Part shown: positions 18,183-26,447 of the stretch, piece after piece
Numbering within the stretch: the stretch's first letter is position 1
How the letters are laid out: each line of letters begins with the position of its first letter
DNA from: Oligoflexia bacterium
Lineage (GTDB): Bacteria > Bdellovibrionota > Bdellovibrionia > JABDDW01
NCBI GenBank assembly: GCA_043732305.1
Contig: JAYTHU010000038.1
Span: forward strand, 1-40,992
DNA length: 40,992 nt
Direction: 5' to 3'
The notes under the pieces: model-generated
What the model was told of the DNA's origin: nothing
The model's input: only the letters and a program-made list of their open reading frames with translations
The model's database searches: none
Translations under genes and position numbers: made by a program

Positions 18183-18324
18183 ACGGCGAATTGGAAAAAA
18201 CTAGCTTTCTATGAAGAATTTTTTATTGGGACTTTTGCCCGCTATCATAGTGTTAGTTTTTCGAGGAAAAGTTAGGCACTTTTGGGGACTCGTCGCCCTA
18301 ATTACCTAGTTTGCTATAGAGTTT

Positions 18325-19356
18325 TTAATTTTGCGCGTTCGCAAATGCTTTTAGAGCGGGGACTGCAAAAGCGATATGATTTTCCATCGCAATCTTCACG
18401 CACTTTAATAAAATTCGATCCGAGACCGCGTCCAAATCCACAAAATGATTTGATTTAAATCCAATACGGATTTCATAGTTTCCTTCGGTGATTCCACTGA
18501 GAAGCACCTTGCACGGACCGATTGTTCCTTCTATCTCAACGAGACCTTGAGCAAATTTTTCTTTCGCAACATCTATATCTGTGTGCTGATCGATCAGAAA
18601 TTTTAGATTACTGGCCATGTTGGTAGTGGGTTCAGAAAAATTCACCACACGTGAATTCACTAAATCTGTATTGGGTGCAATCATCATATTGCCGTCTATC
18701 AACTGAATATGTGTTGTTCGTAGTCCGATATGAACAACATCTCCAATTTCGTTGGAGCTGAGTTTTATGCGATCTCCATTCATAAACGGTCTGTCTATTA
18801 GTAAATTGAAACCCGCAATAATATTCATGAGAGTTGGCTGCGCTGCCAAGCCAATGGCGAGAGAGCCGATACCTAAAGCTGTTACAATGTGCCAAATGTC
18901 ATAATTGAAATGTCGTAGGAGAACCATGAGGGCAATGAGGCCAACCAGAAATTTAACTAAGCGGCTGATCAATGGAACAAATTCTCGACCGGCAGTGCGG
19001 AATGCGGAACTCATGACCGCGTCGACAATATCGAAAATTGAAATCAAGCAAAAGTAAACACCTACTACAAATGAAGTGTTGAGTAAGAGCTCGTCATATT
19101 TCTTATGAGTAGGAAGAGTGTCCGCGATAAAATAAAGAGTGAGCACGACTAAAAGCCGGCGGGACAATTTAAAAACAATTTTCAATACATTAGATGTGTG
19201 GGGGCCGGAAATTTTAGAGTGCGAACGCCTCTCTATATTTTTTAATACGACGCTTGTGAATAAAAACAATAGCAAGACGCAGCTGGCATCGAGGGCGGAT
19301 GCCAGCCAAACGTTTGAAATAATAATGTTAAAATTCTGCAATATATCTGTCATCAT
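18325..19356 (-). CDS. mscS: Small-conductance mechanosensitive channel family protein
   Basis: LGIGSLAIGLAAQ.TL.NIIAG, DRPF..GDRI, IGLRTT and PN....N..V.NFS. Confidence 0.9.
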   Translation of the reverse strand: MMTDILQNFNIIISNVWLASALDASCVLLLFLFTSVVLKNIERRSHSKISGPHTSNVLKIVFKLSRRLLVVLTLYFIADTLPTHKKYDELLLNTSFVVGVYFCLISIFDIVDAVMSSAFRTAGREFVPLISRLVKFLVGLIALMVLLRHFNYDIWHIVTALGIGSLAIGLAAQPTLMNIIAGFNLLIDRPFMNGDRIKLSSNEIGDVVHIGLRTTHIQLIDGNMMIAPNTDLVNSRVVNFSEPTTNMASNLKFLIDQHTDIDVAKEKFAQGLVEIEGTIGPCKVLLSGITEGNYEIRIGFKSNHFVDLDAVSDRILLKCVKIAMENHIAFAVPALKAFANAQN

Positions 19357-19359
19357 AAT

Positions 19360-19389
19360 AAAAAAAACCTGGTCTTGTTGCAGACCAGG
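19360..19389 (-). terminator. Flagellin terminator
   Basis: Minus strand CCTGGTC-tgcaacaa-GACCAGG-T8, about 40 nt after the fliC stop. Confidence 0.88.
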
Positions 19390-19429
19390 CCTTTCATAAA
19401 TCTTGTTTTAAAACTTGTTATACTAAAAA

Positions 19430-20263
19430 TCAACCCAACAATTTCAATGCGATCTGAGGGGTCTGATTAGCCTGAGCCAATGCTGCAGTTCCAGCTTGCA
19501 AGAGAACGTTGTTACGAGTCACTTCTGCTGTTGCGGAAGCCACGTCGGTGTCTCTGATGCGGCTGTTAGCGGCACTGATGTTCTCTTCTTGGATGCTTAA
19601 GTTCTGTGTTGTAGAAACTAAGCGGTTTTGCAGAGCTCCAAGATTTGCGCGAGTACTGTTGACTCGTGTATGAGCTTCATCAAGTTGTGCCAAAGCAGTT
19701 TGAGCGCCTTCTTTAGTACTATAATCAACACTACCAATGTTCAGAGCATCCAAAGTAGCAGTGTTCTCGCCAGCTTTGAAAGTGATTCTATCTTCGGATT
19801 CATTGTTGTGAATACCGACTTGAAAATCAAAGTTAGGAGAGTTTCCATCCAAAAGGTTGGTTGATCCCCATTTTGTGGTCATTGCAATACGTTGTGATTC
19901 TTCTTTTAATTGTTGAACTTCAACGTTAACCATTCCACGCTCTTTATCACCAATAGTATCAGAAGCAGCTTGGATTCCCAATTCACGTAATCGTGTGATG
20001 ATGTTGGAAATTTCGTTCAGTCCACCTTCAGCAACTTGCACCATGGAGATACCATCGTTTGCGTTGCGATTAGCTTGTCTGTCAGATCGGATTTCAGCTT
20101 TAAATTGTTCTGAAATTGCCAATCCTGCAGCGTCGTCAGCAGCTTTGTTGATGCGGCTTCCACTTGCTAATTTTGCATAGTTGCTCTGAATTGCCTCCTG
20201 AGAGTTGCTTAAGTTTCTTTGTGCGTTTACAGACGCGACGTTTGTAGCGATTCTAAATCCCAT
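19430..20263 (-). CDS. fliC: Flagellin (short, 277 aa)
   Basis: RIATNVAS, LASGSRINKAADDAAGLAIS, RANLGALQNRL and AANSRIRDTDVA. Confidence 0.97.
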   Translation of the reverse strand: MGFRIATNVASVNAQRNLSNSQEAIQSNYAKLASGSRINKAADDAAGLAISEQFKAEIRSDRQANRNANDGISMVQVAEGGLNEISNIITRLRELGIQAASDTIGDKERGMVNVEVQQLKEESQRIAMTTKWGSTNLLDGNSPNFDFQVGIHNNESEDRITFKAGENTATLDALNIGSVDYSTKEGAQTALAQLDEAHTRVNSTRANLGALQNRLVSTTQNLSIQEENISAANSRIRDTDVASATAEVTRNNVLLQAGTAALAQANQTPQIALKLLG

Positions 20264-20520
20264 ATTATTATTCTCCGGTCATACCTGTTTTTTCCTTCCA
20301 TGAATGAATCTCGCCTCTGCACCATGCAGCGACTTTGAGTCGGCAACCATGCCATAATTAAATTGAGCTAAATTAAAACTCCATTTAAAACTACCTACGT
20401 ACTGAAAAAGCTCTTCCTGTCGGTACAACCCCCTTCCGAGATTGAAGCGATGTTAATTTCGCTTGGTCCACTCCTGTGGACCTAATTCAATCAAATAGCC
20501 AAATTGCTATTAACTGCTTA
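20264..20520 (-). promoter_or_regulatory. Long flagellin 5' leader with multiple CsrA-type GGA/GGU hairpins
   Basis: Minus strand GGTCCAC-AGGA-GTGGACC, ACAGGA, ATGGA (x2), GGC-ATGGTT-GCC, CTGC-ATGGT-GCAG and ACAGGT. Confidence 0.65.
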
Positions 20521-20528
20521 CAAGATAA

Positions 20529-20555
20529 TTTTCGGGTTAGAGCGCAAAATCTTGA
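20529..20555 (-). promoter_or_regulatory. sigma28 (FliA) promoter of fliC
   Basis: Minus strand TCAA-N15-CCCGAAAA upstream of a flagellin gene. Confidence 0.65.
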
Positions 20556-20697
20556 CAGGACAACAGACCAGATTCGAGTACTTATTTTCATGTCTGAATG
20601 GAAAATTTTTTTTTAAAGTAGTAATTATGCCATCTTTTAGACTTGAGCAATTCTTCATGACTAAAGCCGTGCTTATCAAAAGCGAGGATTTTGACAT

Positions 20698-20723
20698 GTG
20701 GAAAACAATGTTTTGTTTTCCAC
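20698..20723. repeat. Perfect 10-bp inverted repeat, a candidate regulator site
   Basis: GTGGAAAACA-atgttt-TGTTTTCCAC. Confidence 0.7.
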
Positions 20724-20841
20724 TAGCTATTGTCGCACCCTAATTATTTTTCAAACTGTCTAACTAATGTGCTTTTTCTCCTCTCACGTTGCGTTTTCCC
20801 ACACATCCCCTAATCAAATTCACTGCAATCATCCATCCACC

Positions 20842-20857
20842 GGGCACGTGGCTTGCT
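20842..20857 (+). promoter_or_regulatory. sigma54 (-24/-12) promoter
   Basis: GGGCACGTGGCTTGCT, compared with the consensus TGGCACG-N4-TTGCW. Confidence 0.75.
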
Positions 20858-20897
20858 CTAGCGCTTGTTCAGTAAAACATGATGACGGAGGTAAAAT

Positions 20898-20951
20898 ATG
20901 GAAGGTGCTTTGATTTGTTTGCCGCTACTGCTTTTGTTCTTAGCAAAATAA
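20898..20951 (+). CDS. 17-aa hydrophobic micro-ORF MEGALICLPLLLLFLAK
   Basis: Ideal SD GGAGGT six nt before the ATG. First ORF after the sigma54 promoter. Confidence 0.45.
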   Translation: MEGALICLPLLLLFLAK

Positions 20952-20980
20952 AAATTAACTAACAAATGGAGGAATTGAAA

Positions 20981-21271
20981 ATGACATACGATTTGAATTT
21001 AAATAACCCTGATGTTGAAGATCAACTTCGAGTGATTCTAAACGAAGAGATGGAAAATCTTCTGAATGTCTCTCCTATCGATTCCAATGCGACATCGAAA
21101 ATCCGAAAAACCGAACATGGATATCATGGAGTTTTAAAAATTGTCTCGACGCAAGGGAAATTCATGGCTGAAGCCGCTGCACAAAATTTGGACGAGTTAG
21201 TTCGCTCCATGTTTTTAGGTATGTACCGACAGATGCGCACATGGCGGAATTGTCGATTCATAGCTTCTTGA
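20981..21271 (+). CDS. Hypothetical protein, possibly HPF/RaiA (sigma54 modulation)-like fold
   Basis: GGAGGA SD before the ATG at 20981. 96 aa with a beta-alpha-beta-beta-beta-alpha-like pattern ending QMRTWRNCRF. Confidence 0.7.
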   Translation: MTYDLNLNNPDVEDQLRVILNEEMENLLNVSPIDSNATSKIRKTEHGYHGVLKIVSTQGKFMAEAAAQNLDELVRSMFLGMYRQMRTWRNCRFIAS

Positions 21272-21350
21272 TTTTTTTATAGGGGTGGGGCGTCTTTAAC
21301 AATAATTTGAAATATGGGGGAGCGTTTCAAGGAACACGAGAGTTATTTTT

Positions 21351-21581
21351 ATGAAAATTTACAATAGAGTTGCCGCACTACCACCAATGGTTATCCTCTC
21401 CTTCTTAAGCTTGCCGCTTTTCGCTCAGACAAACGGAAATACAATAGAGCAAGACTTTGATCCAGCTCCTATGGAAATCAATATTCACGCGGATCGGCTT
21501 TCTCAAGCGATCCCGCTGTCTCAAGGTATTCCTGATGACAGCATTCTTGCCTCTGCTTGGTTGATGGATTTTCAAAGATAG
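21351..21581 (+). CDS. Small hypothetical protein, possibly secreted
   Basis: 76 aa with a hydrophobic N-terminus ending LFA-Q. It fills the gap between co-oriented genes. Confidence 0.55.
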   Translation: MKIYNRVAALPPMVILSFLSLPLFAQTNGNTIEQDFDPAPMEINIHADRLSQAIPLSQGIPDDSILASAWLMDFQR

Positions 21582-21626
21582 ATAGTAAGTCTTTAGTCCG
21601 GAGGGGACTGTTCCGATCTATTGATC

Positions 21627-22487
21627 ATGAAGATAAAAAAAATCAACTTTAGAAAATTGAGTCTGACAAAAATCAATCTTGAAAAACTCAGATTTGAAAA
21701 GAAGCCGCAGATTGATTTAGATTCGACTGAATCGAAGCACCCGGGGATTGCCGGTTTGTTTGAAAGCATGTTGCGAAGGTTTAAAGTATTTATTCATTTA
21801 GTAACCTTGCTTCCAATGTATGTTGTCGCCAGCCTATGTATTGGGATTTCATTTTTTCCCGCGGTACAAGCGTTTAAACTCATTTCTTATCTTACGTCGA
21901 CCTTGCCTAGCTGGGTACAAGCTTTAGGTTATGGTGTGAGTCTTGGTCTAGGTTATTTTATGTACGGATTTACCCTTCTGTTTGTCACTGGTTTTTTTAA
22001 TTGGATATTGCGCGCAAACATCAAGGCTTGGCGTGGCCCCTACTATTCTTTGCAAAGTGTGCGTTGGTATATCCATAACGGTCTTACGTATATCGTTCGA
22101 TTCACTTTTTTGGAATTTGTCACACCCACGCCGTTCAATCTATTATTTTATAAAATGATGGGAATGAAAATCGGTCGCGGCACACAAATCAACACTGTGA
22201 ATATCTCTGACCCCTCGTTAATTGAGATGGGCGAAAAAGTAACTATCGGCGGCTCCGTCACAATAGTGGCGCATTATGGGGTTGCAGGATTTTTGATTCT
22301 TGCTCCCGTCAAGATTGGCGATGGGGCCACGATTGGCCTTCGCGCCATTATCATGGGCGATGTAGAAGTGGGCGCTGGCGCCAAGGTCCTTCCCAATTCT
22401 GTTGTCATGCCCAAGACTCGCATCCTTGCCGGCGAAACTTGGGGCGGGGTGCCTGCTCAAAAAATCGACCTTATAAAAGTGGCTTAA
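21627..22487 (+). CDS. Membrane-anchored hexapeptide-repeat (left-handed beta-helix) acyltransferase
   Basis: Two TM segments, then MGMKIGRGTQIN, ISDP..IEMGEKVTIG, PVKIGDGATIG and WGGVPA. Confidence 0.85.
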   Translation: MKIKKINFRKLSLTKINLEKLRFEKKPQIDLDSTESKHPGIAGLFESMLRRFKVFIHLVTLLPMYVVASLCIGISFFPAVQAFKLISYLTSTLPSWVQALGYGVSLGLGYFMYGFTLLFVTGFFNWILRANIKAWRGPYYSLQSVRWYIHNGLTYIVRFTFLEFVTPTPFNLLFYKMMGMKIGRGTQINTVNISDPSLIEMGEKVTIGGSVTIVAHYGVAGFLILAPVKIGDGATIGLRAIIMGDVEVGAGAKVLPNSVVMPKTRILAGETWGGVPAQKIDLIKVA

Positions 22488-22522
22488 ATAACTCACTGAT
22501 ATGTAAATACAATGAAGAACGA

Positions 22523-23506
22523 TTATCCTAAAAACTTTTCTATTTGTCCTGCGAGCCATTCTGGTTCTTCCTCTTGGATATGATGGCCACCGCCTTCGTG
22601 AATCACAAGTTGCGAATGTGGAATCGATTTTTGAATGCCTTTAGCATACTTGACGGGAACAAGTTTATCTAGACTTCCCCAGATGAGAAGTGTGGGGACA
22701 TTAATTTTGGAGATTCGCGTTTTTAAATCGGCATCGGTTAAACACTGGAAAGAATCAATCAAAGCCCACGCAGCATTTTTTTCTTCCAAATACGGCCGCA
22801 TATAAGCGTGAATCGTTTCTTCGGTCACATCAATCTTAGTTCCATAGAGTGAACGCACAAGCGTCTTTACAAACCATGGGTTAGCCAGCCAAGTAAAAAG
22901 CCCAGTGGTGAATTTGATTTTTCCGGGATCAAAGTAAACAAGTTTAGAGTCATAAGCCGGTGCGAGTAAAACCAAATCAGAAATGAGCAAATGGGAGCCA
23001 GGTAGGCCGAAGCCAGACTTAGAAGTCGTCAGTCCCGCATGAAGAGCAATCGCGCCGCCCATGCTGTTCCCGACAACTACGGCCTGTTTTTTAATCACAA
23101 TCCTAATAAATTCCAAAACCAGCCGCGATTGATTTTCTAAATTGTAACTGTAAGGATATGGCTTTTCGGAAAGTCCAAAACCTCGAAGATCAATGGCCCA
23201 GACGCGGTGGTGTTCCGCCAAGAGAGGCTGCAAAAAGCGCCAACAGTAGAGATTCGCGCCGATGCCATGAATAAGTAGAATGTCTTTAAAATCTCGACTA
23301 ATTGTTGGTGCTTTTGCTGGTCCTTGAACGGTGTAATGAATCTTTGTTCCATCGATCTGAACAAATTCATTTTTAAGTAGCGAATGAAATCCCTTGCGCG
23401 CAAGCCATTTCCCTTTTTGTTTGCGAAGAAAAATGAGAAAGCCCACTGCAAAAGCGGCGTAAAGGAAAATGAGTAATCCGAGAGCAACGTAAAATGGAGG
23501 TTTCAT
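22523..23506 (-). CDS. Alpha/beta hydrolase with N-terminal membrane anchor
   Basis: LIHGIG, DLRGFGLS, GNSMGG (nucleophile), WG..D and GHH. Start probably at the ATG at 23506. Confidence 0.88.
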   Translation of the reverse strand: MKPPFYVALGLLIFLYAAFAVGFLIFLRKQKGKWLARKGFHSLLKNEFVQIDGTKIHYTVQGPAKAPTISRDFKDILLIHGIGANLYCWRFLQPLLAEHHRVWAIDLRGFGLSEKPYPYSYNLENQSRLVLEFIRIVIKKQAVVVGNSMGGAIALHAGLTTSKSGFGLPGSHLLISDLVLLAPAYDSKLVYFDPGKIKFTTGLFTWLANPWFVKTLVRSLYGTKIDVTEETIHAYMRPYLEEKNAAWALIDSFQCLTDADLKTRISKINVPTLLIWGSLDKLVPVKYAKGIQKSIPHSQLVIHEGGGHHIQEEEPEWLAGQIEKFLG

Positions 23507-23520
23507 ATATTGATTGGAGT

Positions 23521-23757
23521 TTAATCTATTTCGTAGGCTCGACAAAAGGCCATTTTGCCTAAAGTCTCTAAATCTATGATTTGCTGGCTCTTGCGGGTCG
23601 GCGCGGTTGGAAAATCAAAAAGACAGGATTCAGCCGCGAAATCAAAATGGGTGCAGTCGTCGCAAGACGTCGCATAAGAATATTTGAGGTAATTTGCTTT
23701 TACTACAGGGTCTTTGATCATTCCCTGTTTTGTATTTAATTTTTCTGGCGTTTTCAT
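23521..23757 (-). CDS. Small Cys-containing hypothetical protein
   Basis: 78 aa with CDDCTHF..C..C. Co-oriented with and 14 nt upstream of the hydrolase. Confidence 0.7.
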   Translation of the reverse strand: MKTPEKLNTKQGMIKDPVVKANYLKYSYATSCDDCTHFDFAAESCLFDFPTAPTRKSQQIIDLETLGKMAFCRAYEID

Positions 23758-23803
23758 CTGCGTTAGCCCTTGACACGTGGGTGATTCACATCAAACTTAG
23801 TAC

Positions 23804-26401
23804 ATGAATCCAAATCGTCTTACAACCAAATCCCAAGAAGCTTTGAGTGAGTCTGTAAAGCTCGCAGAAACTATTGGCAATTCTTTTGTCGATATCACCC
23901 ACCTCCTGAGTATTTTACTCAATCAAGGTGAAAGCATTGTTCCGCCTACCCTGAAAAAAATGGGTGTGGATGTTGATAAGGTAGGTTCGGAGATATCAGA
24001 AATTTTGGGTCGCGAACCAAAGGTCCAAGGTAGCACGAATGTTGGAATGACCTCGGCTCTCAAAAAACTTTTGGATCAAGCTGAAAAAGAAAGCATTGCA
24101 TTTGGTGATGAATTCACAAGCACAGAACATTTTTTTATTGCTGCATTCAAAGATTCAAAAACAGAAAAACTTTTGAAAAGATTTAATATCACTGAAGATG
24201 CTTTTAAGAAAGCGTTGGGCGAACTCCGCGGAAATCAAAAGGTAACAGATGACAGCCCTGAATCAAAATTTCAAGTACTAGAAAAATACACTCGCGATTT
24301 AACTGCCGCCGCTCGTGAAGGAAAACTTGATCCGGTGATTGGCCGTGATGAAGAAGTAAGACGAGTTGTGCAAGTGCTGAGCCGTCGCACTAAAAATAAT
24401 CCTGTGTTGATCGGTGAGCCTGGCGTTGGAAAAACCGCGCTTGTGGAAGGTCTTGCCCAAAGAATAATTAAAAAAGATGTGCCCGATACCCTTTTGGGAA
24501 AAAAAATCTTAGTCTTGGATTTAGCTTCAATGATTGCCGGGGCTAAATATCGTGGTGAATTTGAAGATCGTCTAAAAGCTTTGCTCAAAGAAGTTAAAGC
24601 GAATGATGGCGCAGTGATTTTGTTTATCGACGAATTGCACACTCTCGTTGGTGCCGGTTCCGGTGGCGACGGGGCCATGGATGCAGGAAATATGCTTAAA
24701 CCTGCTCTTGCGCGGGGCGAGCTCCGATGCATAGGTGCGACAACTTTAGATGAATTTAAAAAATACATTGAGAAAGATGCTGCTCTTGAAAGGCGTTTCC
24801 AGCCCGTTTTTGTTGGTGAACCTACAGTTGAAGACACCATTAGTATTTTGCGCGGACTCAAAGAGAAATATGAGCTTCATCATGGCGTTCGCATCAAAGA
24901 TGCTGCACTCATTGCTGCAGCTACCTTAAGTCAGCGATATATCGCAGATCGCTTTTTGCCAGACAAAGCCATCGATTTAATAGACGAGGCCGCAAGTAAG
25001 CTTCGTATAGAAATTGGAAGTTTGCCCGCTAACATCGATGAAAAAGAACGAAAAATCATGCAGCTTCAGATTGAACGTGAAGCTCTCAATAAAGAAAAAG
25101 ACGAAGCCAGTCGCGAACGACTTATTATTTTAGAAAAAGAATTGAACGAACTTCAAAGAGACAGTCAGGTTCTAAAAACTCAATGGCTATCGGAAAAAGC
25201 CCAGATCACGGCTATGCGAGATGTAAAAAAACAGATTGAAGAACTTCGCAACCAAGTGGCCAAAGCGGAGCGCGATGGAAGTTTGGAAAAAGCAGCCGAG
25301 CTAAAATACGGAAGACTTCCAGAGCTTGAGAAAAAACTAGCCGCCGAAGAAAAAAATATTTCGAGCAAAGAAGATGCTGGCAAACAAATGCTGAAGGAAG
25401 TTGTTGGTCCCGAAGACGTCGCAGAAGTTGTTTCGAAATGGACGGGAATTCCAGTTTCAAAAATGCTTGAGGCCGAAGCCGAAAAACTTTTGAAAATGGA
25501 AGATCGGTTGAGAGAAAGAGTCGTTGGTCAAGATCATGCGCTGACCTCAGTGGCGAATGCTATAAGACGAGCCCGCGCTGAAATTTCTGATCCGCGCCGG
25601 CCCATTGGTAGCTTTATATTTCTTGGTCCCACCGGAGTCGGAAAAACGGAAACTGCAAAAGCGCTTGCTCAATTTATGTTCGATTCTGATCAAGCAATGG
25701 TCCGTATCGACATGAGTGAGTACATGGAAAAACATGCCGTCTCTCGCCTTGTCGGCGCACCTCCCGGATATGTTGGCTATGAAGAAGGCGGGCAGCTCAC
25801 GGAAACGGTGAGGCGCCGTCCCTATTGTGTGATTTTACTCGATGAAATCGAAAAAGCGCATCTCGATGTTTTTAATATTTTACTGCAAATTCTTGATGAT
25901 GGAAGACTTACGGATGGTCAGGGCCGCACCGTTGATTTCAAGAATACCGTAATCATTATGACAAGCAATATTGGTAGCCATCTGATTCAAGAAGGTGCCG
26001 GTGACGACGTGATTTTGAAAGCTCTCAAAGGACATTTCAAACCTGAGTTTTTGAATCGAGTCGATGACATCGTGATATTCAATGCGCTGAGTGAAATAGA
26101 CATTGGCAAAATTGTCCTAGCTCAATTGAAACTTCTTGTGGAACGCCTCGCGCTCAAGAAAATCGGACTCGATGTGGATGACAAAGTGGTTAAGTTTCTA
26201 GCTAAATCTGGTTTTGATCCGGTTTACGGAGCAAGACCACTTAAGCGCGTCATTCAAACCGAAATGGAAAATGAATTGGCCCGCAAAATTATCTCTAAAG
26301 AGGCTGTAGCCGGTGACGTCCTTCGCGCCACAATGAAAGTCGGGGCCAAGGCTGGAAAAGACCCAGGGGCTGGCGACAAAATCATCTTTTCAAAAATCTA
26401 A
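23804..26401 (+). CDS. clpB: ATP-dependent disaggregase ClpB
   Basis: Two AAA+ modules ([16 protein letters not shown]), [23 protein letters not shown], a long coiled-coil M-domain and [13 protein letters not shown]. Confidence 0.97.
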   Translation: MNPNRLTTKSQEALSESVKLAETIGNSFVDITHLLSILLNQGESIVPPTLKKMGVDVDKVGSEISEILGREPKVQGSTNVGMTSALKKLLDQAEKESIAFGDEFTSTEHFFIAAFKDSKTEKLLKRFNITEDAFKKALGELRGNQKVTDDSPESKFQVLEKYTRDLTAAAREGKLDPVIGRDEEVRRVVQVLSRRTKNNPVLIGEPGVGKTALVEGLAQRIIKKDVPDTLLGKKILVLDLASMIAGAKYRGEFEDRLKALLKEVKANDGAVILFIDELHTLVGAGSGGDGAMDAGNMLKPALARGELRCIGATTLDEFKKYIEKDAALERRFQPVFVGEPTVEDTISILRGLKEKYELHHGVRIKDAALIAAATLSQRYIADRFLPDKAIDLIDEAASKLRIEIGSLPANIDEKERKIMQLQIEREALNKEKDEASRERLIILEKELNELQRDSQVLKTQWLSEKAQITAMRDVKKQIEELRNQVAKAERDGSLEKAAELKYGRLPELEKKLAAEEKNISSKEDAGKQMLKEVVGPEDVAEVVSKWTGIPVSKMLEAEAEKLLKMEDRLRERVVGQDHALTSVANAIRRARAEISDPRRPIGSFIFLGPTGVGKTETAKALAQFMFDSDQAMVRIDMSEYMEKHAVSRLVGAPPGYVGYEEGGQLTETVRRRPYCVILLDEIEKAHLDVFNILLQILDDGRLTDGQGRTVDFKNTVIIMTSNIGSHLIQEGAGDDVILKALKGHFKPEFLNRVDDIVIFNALSEIDIGKIVLAQLKLLVERLALKKIGLDVDDKVVKFLAKSGFDPVYGARPLKRVIQTEMENELARKIISKEAVAGDVLRATMKVGAKAGKDPGAGDKIIFSKI

Positions 26402-26447
26402 TCTTGATCCCCGCTAACCCTTATGGCAGGCTGCTTTAGGGGTTTAA

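Noticed and set aside
20504..20743. 79-aa plus-strand ORF
   Set aside because: It has a TTG start with no SD and overlaps the fliC promoter and the palindrome, so it is probably spurious.
23763..23789. CIRCE (HrcA) element before clpB
   Set aside because: The left arm TTAGCCCTT is similar, but there is no matching right arm at 9-nt spacing.
24271..24861. 196-aa minus ORF inside clpB
   Set aside because: An antisense shadow typical of conserved, codon-biased genes.
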